Origin: Eledone cirrhosa
Taxonomy: Eukaryota
Assembly (NCBI GenBank): GCA_964016885.1
Contig: OZ024744.1
Span: forward strand, 992,001-1,056,000
Reading direction: 5' to 3'
Length of the DNA stretch: 64,000 bases
This document shows, one piece after another, positions 26,501 to 40,200 of the stretch. Below the pieces are notes generated by a model that saw nothing but the letters and a program-made list of their open reading frames with translations, searched no databases and was not told where the DNA came from. Each line of letters opens with the position of its first letter. Within the stretch, counting starts at the first letter, position 1. The position numbers were made by a program, and so were the translations under genes.

Positions 26501-29500
26501 TAGAGAAAGATAGCTTGGTGAAGAACGAAGTTTTGGGGGAAGACAAGGTAGAGAAAGATAGCTTGATGAAGTACGAGGTTTTGGGGGAAGACAAGGTAGA
26601 GAAAGATAGCTTGGTGAAGAACGACGTTTTGTGGGAAGACAAGGTAGAGAAACATAGTTGGTGAAGAACGAAGTTTTGAGGGAAGACAAGGTAGAGAAAG
26701 ATAGCTTGATGAAGAACGAAGTTTTGAGGGAAGACAAGGTAGAGAAAGATAGCTTGGTGAAGAACGAAGTTTTGAGGGAAGACAAGGTAGAGAAAGATAG
26801 CTTGATGAAGAACGAAGTTTTGCGGGAAGACAAGGTAGAGAAAGATAGCTTGATGAAGTACGAAGTTTTGGGGGAAGACAAGGTAGAGAAAGATAGCTTG
26901 GTGAAGAACGAAGTTTTGAGGGAAGACAAGGTAGAGAAAGATAGCTTGGTGAAGAACGAAGTTTTGAGGGAGGACAAAGTATAGAAAGATAGCTTGGTGA
27001 AGAACGAAGTTTTGGGTGAAGACAATGTAGAGAAAGATAGCTTGATGAAGAACGAAGTTTTGGGGGAAGACAAGGTAGAGAAAGATAGCTTGGTGAAGAA
27101 CGAAGTTTTGAGGGAAGACAAGGTAGAGAAACATAGTTGGTGAAGAACGAAGTTTTGAGGGAAGACAAGGTAGAGAAAGATAGCTTGATGAAGAACGAAG
27201 TTTTGAGGGAAGACAAGGTAGAGAAAGATAGCTTGGTGAAGAACGAAGTTTTGAGGGAAGACAAGGTAGAGAAAGATAGCTTGATGAAGAACGAAGTTTT
27301 GAGGGAAGACAAGGTAGAGAAAGATAGCTTGATGAAGTACGAAGTTTTAGGGGAAGACAAGGTAGAGAAAGATAGCTTGGTGAAGAACGAAGTTTTGAGG
27401 GAAGACAAGGTAGAGAAAGATAGCTTGATGAAGAACGAAGTTTTGAGGGAAGACAAGGTAGAGAAAGATAGCTTGGTGAAGAACGAAGTTTTGAGGGAGG
27501 ACAAAGTATAGAAAGATAGCTTGGTGAAGAACGAAGTTTTGGGTGAAGACAATGTAGAGAAAGATAGCTTGATGAAGAACGAAGTTTTGGGGGAAGACAA
27601 GGTAGAGAAAGATAGCTTGGTGAAGAACGAAGTTTTGAGGGAAGACAAGGTAGAGAAAGATAGCTTGGTGAAGAACGAAGTTTTGGGGGAAGACAAGGTA
27701 GAGAAAGATAGCTTGGTGAAGAACGAAGTTTTGAGGGAAGACAAGGTAGAGAAAGATAGCTTGGTGAAGAACGAAGTTTTGGGGGAAGACAAGGTAGAGA
27801 AAGATAGCTTGGTGAAGAACGAAGTTTTGAGGGAAGACAAGGTAGAGAAAGATAGTTGGTGAAGAACGAAGTTTTGAGGGAAGACAAGGTAGAGAAAGAT
27901 AGCTTGGTGAAGAACGACGTTTTGAGGGAAGACAAGGTAGAGAAAGATAGCTTGGTGAAGAACGACGTTTTGAGGGAAGACAAGGTAGAGAAAGATAGCT
28001 TGGTGAAGAACCAAGTTTTGGGGGAAGACAAGGTAGAGAAAGATAGCTTGATGAAGTACGAAGTTTTGGGGGAAGACAAGGTAGAGAAAGATAGCTTGGT
28101 GAAGAACGACGTTTTGTGGGAAGACAAGGTAGAGAAACATAGTTGGTGAAGAACGAAATTTTGAGGGAAGACAAGGTAGAGAAAGATAGCTTGGTGAAGA
28201 ACGAAGTTTTGAGGGAAGACAAGGTAGAGAAAGATAGCTTGATGAAGAACGAAGTTTTGAGGGAAGACAAGGTAGAGAAAGATAGCTTGATGAAGTACGA
28301 AGTTTTGGGGGTAGACAAGGTAGAGAAAGATAGCTTGGTGAAGAACGAAGTTTTGAGGGAAGACAAGGTAGAGACAGATAGCTTGATGAAGAACGAAGTT
28401 TTGAGGGAAGACAAGGTAGAGAAGGATAGCTTGGTGAAGAACGGAGTTTTGAGGGAAGACAAAGTATAGAAAGATAGCTTGGTGAAGAACGAAGTTTTGG
28501 GGGAAGACAATGTAGAAAAAGATAGCTTGAAGAAGAACGAAGTTTTGGGGAAGACAAGGTAGAGAAAGATAGCTTTGTGAAGAACGAAGTTTTGAGGGAA
28601 GACAAGGTAGAGAAAGATAGCTTGGTGAAGAACGAAGTTATGAGGGGAGACAAGGTAGAGAAAGATAGCTTGGTGAAGAACGAAGTTTTGAGGGAAGACA
28701 AGGTAGAGAAAGATAGCTTGGTGAAGAACGAAGTTTTGGGGGAAGACAAGGTAGAGAAAGATAGCTTGGTGAAGAACGAAGTTTTGAGGGAAGACAAGGT
28801 AGAGAAAGATAGTTGGTGAAGAACGAAGTTTTGAGGGAAGACAAGGTAGAGAAAGATAGCTTGGTGAAGAACGACGTTTTGAGGGAAGACAAGGTAGAGA
28901 AAGATAGCTTGGTGAAGAACGACGTTTTGAGGGAGGACAAGGTAGAGAAAGATAGCTTGATGAAGAACGAAGTTTTGCGGGAAGACAAGGTAGAGAAAGA
29001 TAGCTTGATGAAGTACGAAGTTTTGGGGGAAGACAAGGTAGAGAAAGATAGCTTGGTGAAGAACGAAGTTTTGAGGGAAGACAAGGTAGAGAAAGATAGC
29101 TTGGTGAAGAACGAAGTTTTGAGGGAGGACAAAGTATAGAAAGATAGCTTGGTGAAGAACGAAGTTTTGGGTGAAGACAATGTAGAGAAAGATAGCTTGA
29201 TGAAGAACGAAGTTTTGGGGGAAGACAAGGTAGAGAAAGATAGCTTGGTGAAGAACGAAGTTTTGAGGGAAGACAAGGTAGAGAAACATAGTTGGTGAAG
29301 AACGAAGTTTTGAGGGAAGACAAGGTAGAGAAAGATAGCTTGATGAAGAACGAAGTTTTGAGGGAAGACAAGGTAGAGAAAGATAGCTTGGTGAAGAACG
29401 AAGTTTTGAGGGAAGACAAGGTAGAGAAAGATAGCTTGATGAAGAACGAAGTTTTGAGGGAAGACAAGGTAGAGAAAGATAGCTTGATGAAGTACGAAGT

Positions 29501-32500
29501 TTTGGGGGAAGACAAGGTAGAGAAAGATAGCTTGGTGAAGAACGAAGTTTTGAGGGAAGACAAGGTAGAGAAAGATAGCTTGATGAAGAACGAAGTTTTG
29601 AGGGAAGACAAGGTAGAGAAAGATAGCTTGGTGAAGAACGAAGTTTTGAGGGAGGACAAAGTATAGAAAGATAGCTTGGTGAAGAACGAAGTTTTGGGTG
29701 AAGACAATGTAGAGAAAGATAGCTTGATGAAGAACGAAGTTTTGGGGGAAGACAAGGTAGAGAAAGATAGCTTGGTGAAGAACGAAGTTTTGAGGGAAGA
29801 CAAGGTAGAGAAAGATAGCTTGGTGAAGAACGAAGTTTTGGGGGAAGACAAGGTAGAGAAAGATAGCTTGGTGAAGAACGAAGTTTTGAGGGAAGACAAG
29901 GTAGAGAAAGATAGCTTGGTGAAGAACGAAGTTTTGGGGGAAGACAAGGTAGAGAAAGATAGCTTGGTGAAGAACGAAGTTTTGAGGGAAGACAAGGTAG
30001 AGAAAGATAGTTGGTGAAGAACGAAGTTTTGAGGGAAGACAAGGTAGAGAAAGATAGCTTGGTGAAGAACGACGTTTTGAGGGAAGACAAGGTAGAGAAA
30101 GATAGCTTGGTGAAGAACGACGTTTTGAGGGAAGACAAGGTAGAGAAAGATAGCTTGGTGAAGAACCAAGTTTTGGGGGAAGACAAGGTAGAGAAAGATA
30201 GCTTGATGAAGTACGAAGTTTTGGGGGAAGACAAGGTAGAGAAAGATAGCTTGGTGAAGAACGACGTTTTGTGGGAAGACAAGGTAGAGAAACATAGTTG
30301 GTGAAGAACGAAATTTTGAGGGAAGACAAGGTAGAGAAAGATAGCTTGGTGAAGAACGAAGTTTTGAGGGAAGACAAGGTAGAGAAAGATAGCTTGATGA
30401 AGAACGAAGTTTTGAGGGAAGACAAGGTAGAGAAAGATAGCTTGATGAAGTACGAAGTTTTGGGGGTAGACAAGGTAGAGAAAGATAGCTTGGTGAAGAA
30501 CGAAGTTTTGAGGGAAGACAAGGTAGAGACAGATAGCTTGATGAAGAACGAAGTTTTGAGGGAAGACAAGGTAGAGAAGGATAGCTTGGTGAAGAACGGA
30601 GTTTTGAGGGAAGACAAAGTATAGAAAGATAGCTTGGTGAAGAACGAAGTTTTGGGGGAAGACAATGTAGAAAAAGATAGCTTGAAGAAGAACGAAGTTT
30701 TGGGGAAGACAAGGTAGAGAAAGATAGCTTTGTGAAGAACGAAGTTTTGAGGGAAGACAAGGTAGAGAAAGATAGCTTGGTGAAGAACGAAGTTATGAGG
30801 GGAGACAAGGTAGAGAAAGATAGCTTGGTGAAGAACGAAGTTTTGAGGGAAGACAAGGTAGAGAAAGATAGCTTGGTGAAGAACGAAGTTTTGGGGGAAG
30901 ACAAGGTAGAGAAAGATAGCTTGGTGAAGAACGAAGTTTTGAGGGAAGACAAGGTAGAGAAAGATAGTTGGTGAAGAACGAAGTTTTGAGGGAAGACAAG
31001 GTAGAGAAAGATAGCTTGGTGAAGAACGACGTTTTGAGGGAAGACAAGGTAGAGAAAGATAGCTTGGTGAAGAACGACGTTTTGAGGGAGGACAAGGTAG
31101 AGAAAGATAGCTTGGTGAAGAACGAAGTTTTGGGGGAAGACAAGGTAGAGAAAGATAGCTTGGTGAAGAACGACGTTTTGTGGGAAGACAAGGTAGAGAA
31201 ACATAGTTGGTGAAGAACGAAATTTTGAGGGAAGACAAGGTAGAGAAAGATAGCTTGGTGAAGAACGAAGTTTTGAGGGAAGACAAGGTAGAGAAAGATA
31301 GCTTGATGAAGAACGAAGTTTTGAAAGAAGACAAGGTAGAGAAAGATAGCTTGATGAAGTACGAAGTTTTGGGGGTAGACAAGGTAGAGAAAGATAGCTT
31401 GGTGAAGAACGAAGTTTTGAGGGAAGACAAGGTAGAGACAGATAGCTTGATGAAGAACGAAGTTTTGAGGGAAGACAAGGTAGAGAAGGATAGCTTGGTG
31501 AAGAACGGAGTTTTGAGGGAAGACAAAGTATAGAAAGATAGCTTGGTGAAGAACGAAGTTTTGGGGGAAGACAATGTAGAGAAAGATAGCTTGAAGAAGA
31601 ACGAAGTTTTGGGGGAAGACAAGGTAGAGAAAGATAGCTTTGTGAAGAACGAAGTTTTGAGGGAAGACAAGGTAGAGAAAGATAGCTTGATGAAGTACGA
31701 AGTTTTGGGGGTAGACAAGGTAGAGAAAGATAGCTTGGTGAAGAACGAAGTTTTGAGGGAAGACAAGGTAGAGACAGATAGCTTGATGAAGAACGAAGTT
31801 TTGAGGGAAGACAAGGTAGAGAAGGATAGCTTGTTGAAGAACGGAGTTTTGAGGGAAGACAAAGTATAGAAAGATAGCTTGGTGAAGAACGAAGTTTTGG
31901 GAGAAGACAATGTAGAGAAAGATAGCTTGAAGAAGAACGAAGTTTTGGGGGAAGACAAGGTAGAGAAAGATAGCTTTGTGAAGAACGAAGTTTTGAGGGA
32001 AGACAAGGTAGAGAAAGATAGCTGGGTGAAGAACGAAGTTTTGGGGGAAGACAAGGTAGAGAAATATAGCTCGGTGAAGAACGAAGTTTTGAGGGAAGAC
32101 AAGGTAGAGAAAGATAGCTTGGTGAAGAACGAAGTTTTGAGGGAAGACAAGGTAGAGAAAGATAGCTTGGTGAAGAACGAAGTTTTGGGGGACGACAAGG
32201 TAGAGAAAGATAGCTTGATGATGTACGAAGTTTTGGGGGAAGACAAGGTAGAGAAAGATAGCTTGGTGAAGAACGAAGTTTTGAGGGAAGACAAGGTAGA
32301 GAAAGATAGCTTGATGAAGAACGAAGTTTTGAGGGAAGACAAGGTAGAGAAAGATAGCTTGGTGAAGAACGAAGTTTTGAGGGAGGAAAAAATATAGAAA
32401 GATAGCTTGGTGAAGAACGAAGTTTTGGGTGAAGACAATGTAGAGAAAGATAGCTTGATGAAGAACGAAGTTTTGGGGGAAGACAAGGTAGAGAAAGATA

Positions 32501-35500
32501 GCTTGGTGAAGAACGAAGTTTTGAGGGAAGACAAGGTAGAGAAAGATAGCTTGGTGAAGAACGAAGTTTTGGGGGAAGACAAGGTAGAGAAAGATAGCTT
32601 GGTGAAGAACGAAGTTTTGAGGGAAGACAAGGTAGAGAAAGATAGCTTGGTGAAGAACGAAGTTTTGGGGGAAGACAAGGTAGAGAAAGATAGCTTGGTG
32701 AAGAACGAAGTTTTGAGGGAAGACAAGGTAGAGAAAGACAGTTGGTTAAGAACGAAGTTTTGAGGGAAGACAAGGTAGAGAAAGATAGCTTGGTGAAGAA
32801 CGACGTTTTGAGGGAAGACAAGGTAGAGAAAGATAGCTTGGTGAAGAACGACGTTTTGAGGGAAGACAAGGTAGAGAAAGATAGCTTGGTGAAGAACGAA
32901 GTTTTGGGGGAAGACAAGGTAGAGAAAGATAGCTTGATGAAGTACGAAGTTTTGGGGGAAGACAAGGTAGAGAAAGATAGCTTGGTGAAGAACGACGTTT
33001 TGTGGGAAGACAAGGTAGAGAAACATAGTTGGTGAAGAACGAAATTTTGAGGGAAGACAAGGTAGAGAAAGATAGCTTGGTGAAGAACGAAGTTTTGAGG
33101 GAAGACAAGGTAGAGAAAGATAGCTTGATGAAGAACGAAGTTTTGAGGGAAGACAAGGTAGAGAAAGATAGCTTGATGAAGTACGAAGTTTTGGGGGTAG
33201 ACAAGGTAGAGAAAGATAGCTTGGTGAAGAACGAAGTTTTGAGGGAAGACAAGGTAGAGACAGATAGCTTGATGAAGAACGAAGTTTTGAGGGAAGACAA
33301 GGTAGAGAAGGATAGCTTGGTGAAGAACGGAGTTTTGAGGGAAGACAAAGTATAGAAAGATAGCTTGGTGAAGAACGAAGTTTTGGGGGAAGACAATGTA
33401 GAAAAAGATAGCTTGAAGAAGAACGAAGTTTTGGGGGAAGACAAGGTAGAGAAAGATAGCTTTGTGAAGAACGAAGTTTTGAGGGAAGACAAGGTAGAGA
33501 AAGATAGCTTGGTGAAGAACGAAGTTATGAGGGAAGACAAGGTAGAGAAAGATAGCTTGGTGAAGAACGAAGTTTTGAGGGAAGACAAGGTAGAGAAAGA
33601 TAGCTTGGTGAAGAACGAAGTTTTGGGGGAAGACAAGGTAGAGAAAGATAGCTTGGTGAAGAACGAAGTTTTGAGGGAAGACAAGGTAGAGAAAGATAGT
33701 TGGTGAAGAACGAAGTTTTGAGGGAAGACAAGGTAGAGAAAGATAGCTTGGTGAAGAACGACGTTTTGAGGGAAGACAAGGTAGAGAAAGATAGCTTGGT
33801 GAAGAACGACGTTTTGAGGGAAGACAAGGTAGAGAAAGATAGCTTGGTGAAGAACGAAGTTTTGGGGGAAGACAAGGTAGAGAAAGATAGCTTGATGAAG
33901 TACGAAGTTTTGGGGGAAGACAAGGTAGAGAAAGATAGCTTGGTGAAGAACGACGTTTTGTGGGAAGACAAGGTAGAGAAACATAGTTGGTGAAGAACGA
34001 AATTTTGAGGGAAGACAAGGTAGAGAAAGATAGCTTGGTGAAGAACGAAGTTTTGAGGGAAGACAAGGTAGAGAAAGATAGCTTGATGAAGAACGAAGTT
34101 TTGAGGGAAGACAAGGTAGAGAAAGATAGCTTGATGAAGTACGAAGTTTTGGGGGTAGACAAGGTAGAGAAAGATAGCTTGGTGAAGAACGAAGTTTTGG
34201 GGGAAGACAATGTAGAGAAAGATAGCTTGAAGAAGAACGAAGTTTTGGGGGAAGACAAGGTAGAGAAAGATAGCTTTGTGAAGAACGAAGTTTTGAGGGA
34301 AGACAAGGTAGAGAAAGATAGCTTGATGAAGTACGAAGTTTTGGGGGTAGACAAGGTAGAGAAAGATAGCTTGGTGAAGAACGAAGTTTTGAGGGAAGAC
34401 AAGGTAGAGACAGATAGCTTGATGAAGAACGAAGTTTTGAGGGAAGACAAGGTAGTGAAGGATAGCTTGTTGAAGAACGGAGTTTTGAAGGAAGACAAAG
34501 TATAGAAAGATAGCTTGGTGAAGAACGAAGTTTTGGGGGAAGACAATGTAGAGAAAGATAGCTTGAAGAAGAACGAAGTTTTGGGGGAAGACAAGGTAGA
34601 GAAAGATAGCTTTGTGAAGAACGAAGTTTTGAGGGAAGACAAGGTAGAGAAAGATAGCTGGGTGAAGAACGAAGTTTTGGGGGAAGACAAGGTAGAGAAA
34701 TATAGCTCGGTGAAGAACGAAGTTTTGAGGGAAGACAAGGTAGAGAAAGATAGCTTGGTGAAGAACGAAGTTTTGAGGGAAGACAAGGTAGAGAAAGATA
34801 GCTTGGTGAAGAACGAAGTTTTGGGGGACGACAAGGTAGAGAAAGATAGCTTGATGAAGTACGAAGTTTTGGGGGAAGACAAGGTAGAGAAAGATAGCTT
34901 GGTGAAGAACGAAGTTTTGAGGGAAGACAAGGTAGAGAAAGATAGCTTGATGAAGAACGAAGTTTTGAGGGAAGACAAGGTAGAGAAAGATAGCTTGGTG
35001 AAGAACGAAGTTTTGAGGGAAGACAAGGTAGAGAAAGATAGCTTGGTGAAGAACGAAGTTTTGGGGGAAGACAAGGTAGAGAAAGATAGCTTGGTGAAGA
35101 ACGAAGTTTTGAGGGAAGACAAGGTAGAGAAAGATAGTTGGTGAAGAACGAAGTTTTGAGGGAAGACAAGGTAGAGAAAGATAGCTTGGTGAAGAACGAC
35201 GTTTTGAGGGAAGACAAGGTAGAGAAAGATAGCTTGGTGAAGAACGACGTTTTGAGGGAAGACAAGGTAGAGAAAGATAGCTTGGTGAAGAACGAAGTTT
35301 TGGGGGAAGACAAGGTAGAGAAAGATAGCTTGATGAAGTACGAAGTTTTGGGGGAAGACAAGGTAGAGAAAGATAGCTTGGTGAAGAACGACGTTTTGTG
35401 GGAAGACAAGGTAGAGAAACATAGTTGGTGAAGAACGAAATTTTGAGGGAAGACAAGGTAGAGAAAGATAGCTTAGTGAAGAACGAAGTTTTGAGGGAAG

Positions 35501-36720
35501 ACAAGGTAGAGAAAGATAGCTTGATGAAGAACGAAGTTTTGAGGGAAGACAAGGTAGAGAAAGATAGCTTGATGAAGTACGAAGTTTTGGGGGTAGACAA
35601 GGTAGAGAAAGATAGCTTGGTGAAGAACGAAGTTTTGAGGGAAGACAAGGTAGAGACAGATAGCTTGATGAAGAACGAAGTTTTGAGGGAAGACAAGGTA
35701 GAGAAGGATAGCTTGGTGAAGAACGGAGTTTTGAGGGAAGACAAAGTATAGAAAGATAGCTTGGTGAAGAACGAAGTTTTGGGGGAAGACAATGTAGAGA
35801 AAGATAGCTTGAAGAAGAACGAAGTTTTGGGGGAAGACAAGGTAGAGAAAGATAGCTTTGTGAAGAACGAAGTTTTGAGGGAAGACAAGGTAGAGAAAGA
35901 TAGCTTGATGAAGTACGAAGTTTTGGGGGTAGACAAGGTAGAGAAAGATAGCTTGGTGAAGAACGAAGTTTTGAGGGAAGACAAGGTAGAGACAGATAGC
36001 TTGATGAAGAACGAAGTTTTGAGGGAAGACAAGGTAGAGAAGGATAGCTTGTTGAAGAACGGAGTTTTGAGGGAAGACAAAGTATAGAAAGATAGCTTAG
36101 TGAAGAACGAAGTTTTGGGGGAAGACAATGTAGAGAAAGATAGCTTGAAGAAGAACGAAGTTTTGGGGGAAGACAAGGTAGAGAAAGATAGCTTTGTGAA
36201 GAACGAAGTTTTGAGGGAAGACAAGGTAGAGAAAGATAGCTGGGTGAAGAACGAAGTTTTGGGGGAAGACAAGGTAGAGAAATATAGCTCGGTGAAGAAC
36301 GAAGTTTTGAGGGAAGACAAGGTAGAGAAAGATAGCTTGGTGAAGAACGAAGTTTTGAGGGAAGACAAGGTAGAGAAAGATAGCTTGGTGAAGAACGAAG
36401 TTTTGGGGGACGACAAGGTAGAGAAAGATAGCTTGATGAAGTACGAAGTTTTGGGGGAAGACAAGGTAGAGAAAGATAGCTTGGTGAAGAACGAAGTTTT
36501 GAGGGAAGACAAGGTAGAGAAAGATAGCTTGATGAAGAACGAAGTTTTGAGGGAAGACAAGGTAGAGAAAGATAGCTTGGTGAAGAACGAAGTTTTGAGG
36601 GAGGAAAAAATATAGAAAGATAGCTTGGTGAAGAACGAAGTTTTGGGTGAAGACAATGTAGAGAAAGATAGCTTGATGAAGAACGAAGTTTTGGGGGAAG
36701 ACAAGGTAGAGAAAGATAGC
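6480..36720 (+). repeat. ~14-kb tandem segmental duplication within the array (copy 1 ~6480-20430; copy 2 ~20430-36720)
   Basis: Rare variants recur in the same order at a stepwise offset. Offset 13948: monomers at 8346/22294 and 11128/25076, GAAATA at 12177/26125, AACCAA near 14064/28012. Offset 16103: 14195/30298. Offset 16055: 15488/31543. Offset 16247: GACAGTTGGTTAAG monomer at 16495/32742. Offset 16295: 17692/33987 and 19805/36100. Confidence 0.9.
26790..31100 (+). repeat. 2155-bp tandem duplication (45 monomers, 5 single-base deletions) nested in copy 2 of the 14-kb duplication
   Basis: Constant 2155 offset at 27137/29292, 27521/29676, 27856/30011, 28143/30298, 28577/30732 and 28813/30968. 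Shared rare markers are TTGCGG (26823/28978), AACCAA, TTATGAGGGGA and GGGAGGACAAGG. 2155 = 45x48-5. Confidence 0.92.
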
Positions 36721-37299
36721 TTGGTGAAGTACGAAGTTTTGAGGGAAGACAAGGTAGAGAAAGATAGCTTGGTGAAGAACGAAGTTTTGGGGGAAGACAA
36801 GGTAGAGAAAGATAGCTTGGTGAAGAACGAAGTTTTGAGGGAAGACAAGGTAGAGAAAGATAGCTTGGTGAAGAACGAAGTTTTGGGGGAAGACAAGGTA
36901 GAGAAAGATAGCTTGGTGAAGAACGAAGTTTTGAGGGAAGACAAGGTAGAGAAAGATAGTTGGTGAAGAACGAAGTTTTGAGGGAAGACAAGGTAGAGAA
37001 AGATAGCTTGGTGAAGAACGACGTTTTGAGGGAAGACAAGGTAGAGAAAGATAGCTCGGTGAAGAACGACGTTTTGAGGGAAGACAAGGTAGAGAAAGAT
37101 AGCTTGGTGAAGAACGAAGTTTTGGGGGAAGACAAGGTAGAGAAAGATAGCTTGGTGGAGAACGAAGTTTTGAGGGAAGACAAGGTAGAGAAAGATAGCC
37201 TGGTGAAGAACGAAGTTTTGGGGGATGACAAAGTAGAGAAAGATAGCTTGGTGAAGAACGAAGTTTTGGGGGAAGACAAGGTAGAGAAAGATAGCTTGA

Positions 37300-40200
37300 T
37301 GAAGAACGAAGTTTTGGGGGAAGACAAGGTAGAGTAAGATAGCTTGGTGAAGAACGAAGTTTTGAGGGAAGACAGGGTAGAGAAAGATAGCTTGGTGAAG
37401 AACGAAGTTTTGGGGGAAGACAAGGTAGAGAAAGATAGCTTGGTGAAGAACGAAGTTTTGCGGGAAGACAAGGTAGAGAAATATAGCTCGGTGAAGAACG
37501 AAGTTTTGAGGGAAGACAAGGTAGAGAAAGATAGCTTGGTGAAGAACGAAGTTTTGAGGGAAGACAAGGTAGAGAAAGATAGCTTGATGAAGAACGAAGT
37601 TTTGAGGGAAGACAAGGTAGAGAAAGATAGCTTGGTGAAGAACGAAGTTTTGAGGGAAGACAAAGTATAGAAAGATAGCTTGGTGAAGAACGAAGTTTTG
37701 GGGGAAGACAATGTAGAGAAAGATAGCTTGATGAAGAACGAAGTTTTGGGGGAAGACAAGGTAGAGAAAGATAGCTTGGTGAAGAACGAAGTTTTGAGGG
37801 AAGACAAGGTAGAGAAAGATAGCTTGGTGAAGAACGAAGTTTTGGGGGAAGACAAGGTAGAGAAAGATAGCTTGGTGAAGAACGAAGTTTTGAGGGAAGA
37901 CAAGGTAGAGAAAGATAGTTGGTGAAGAACGAAATTTTGAGCGAAGACAAGGTAGAGAAAGATAGCTTGGTGAAGAACGACGTTTTGAGGGAAGACAAGG
38001 TAGAGAAAGATAGCTTGGTGAAGAACGACGTTTTGGGTGAAGACAATGTAGAGAAAGATAGCTTGATGAAGAACGAAGTTTTGGGGGAAGACAAGGTAGA
38101 GAAAGATAGCTTGGTGAAGAACGAAGTTTTGAGGGAAGACAAGGTAGAGAAAGATAGCTTGGTGAAGAACGAAGTTTTGGGGGAAGACAAGGTAGAGAAA
38201 GATAGCTTGGTGAAGAACGAAGTTTTGAGGGAAGACAAGGTAGAGAAAGATAGCTTGGTGAAGAACGAAGTTTTGGGGGAAGACAAGGTAGAGAAAGATA
38301 GCTTGATGAAGTACGAAGTTTTGGGGGAAGACAAGGTAGAGAAAGATAGCTTGGTGAAGAACGACGTTTTGTGGGAAGACAAGGTAGAGAAACATAGTTG
38401 GTGAAGAACGAAGTTTTGAGGGAAGACAAGGTAGAGAAAGATAGCTTGATGAAGAACGAAGTTTTGAGGGAAGACAAGGTAGAGAAAGATAGCTTGGTGA
38501 AGAACGAAGTTTTGAGGGAAGACAAGGTAGAGAAAGATAGCTTGATGAAGAACGAAGTTTTGAGGGAAGACAAGGTAGAGAAAGATAGCTTGGTGAAGAA
38601 CGAAGTTTTGAGGGAAGAGAAAGTATAGAAAGATAGCTTGGTGAAGAACGAAGTTTTTGGGGAAGACAATGTAGAGAAAGATAGCTTGATGAAGAACGAA
38701 GTTTTGGGGGAAGACAAGGTAGAGAAAGATAGCTTGGTGAAGAACGAAGTTTTGAGGGAAGACAAGGTAGAGAAAGATAGCTTGGTGAAGAACGAAGTTT
38801 TGGGGGAAGACAAGGTAGAGAAAGATAGCTTGGTGAAGAACGAAGTTTTGAGGGAAGACAAGGTAGAGAAAGATAGTTGGTGAAGAACGAAATTTTGAGC
38901 GAAGACAAGGTAGAGAAAGATAGCTTGGTGAAGAACGACGTTTTGAGGGAAGACAAGGTAGAGAAAGATAGCTTGGTGAAGAACGACGTTTTGGGTGAAG
39001 ACAATGTAGAGAAAGATAGCTTGATGAAGAACGAAGTTTTGGGGGAAGACAAGGTAGAGAAAGATAGCTTGGTGAAGAACGAAGTTTTGAGGGAAGACAA
39101 GGTAGAGAAAGATAGCTTGGTGAAGAACGAAGTTTTGGGGGAAGACAAGGTAGAGAAAGATAGCTTGGTGAAGAACGAAGTTTTGAGGGAAGACAAGGTA
39201 GAGAAAGATAGCTTGGTGAAGAACGAAGTTTTGGGGGAAGACAAGGTAGAGAAAGATAGCTTGATGAAGTACGAAGTTTTGGGGGAAGACAAGGTAGAGA
39301 AAGATAGCTTGGTGAAGAACGACGTTTTGTGGGAAGACAAGGTAGAGAAACATAGTTGGTGAAGAACGAAGTTTTGAGGGAAGACAAGGTAGAGAAAGAT
39401 AGCTTGATGAAGAACGAAGTTTTGAGGGAAGACAAGGTAGAGAAAGATAGCTTGGTGAAGAACGAAGTTTTGAGGGAAGACAAGGTAGAGAAAGATAGCT
39501 TGATGAAGAACGAGGTTTTGAGGGAAGACAAGGTAGAGAAAGATAGCTTGATGAAGTACGAAGTTTTGGGGGAAGACAAGGTAGAGAAAGATAGCTTGGT
39601 GAAGAACGAAGTTTTGAGGGAAGACAAGGTAGAGAAAGATAGTTGGTGAAGAACGAAATTTTGAGCGAAGACAAGGTAGAGAAAGATAGCTTGGTGAAGA
39701 ACGACGTTTTGAGGGAAGACAAGGTAGAGAAAGATAGCTTGGTGAAGAACGAAGTTTTGGGGGAAGACAAGGTAGAGTAAGATAGCTTGGTGAAGAACGA
39801 AGTTTTGAGGGAAGACAGGGTAGAGAAAGATAGCTTGGTGAAGAACGAAGTTTTGGGGGAAGACAAGGTAGAGAAAGATAGCTTGGTGAAGAACGAAGTT
39901 TTGCGGGAAGACAAGGTAGAGAAATATAGCTCGGTGAAGAACGAAGTTTTGAGGGAAGACAAGGTAGAGAAAGATAGCTTGGTGAAGAACGAAGTTTTGA
40001 GGGAAGACAAGGTAGAGAAAGATAGCTTGATGAAGAACGAAGTTTTGAGGGAAGACAAGGTAGAGAAAGATAGCTTGGTGAAGAACGAAGTTTTGAGGGA
40101 AGACAAAGTATAGAAAGATAGCTTGGTGAAGAACGAAGTTTTGGGGGAAGACAATGTAGAGAAAGATAGCTTGATGAAGAACGAAGTTTTGGGGGAAGAC

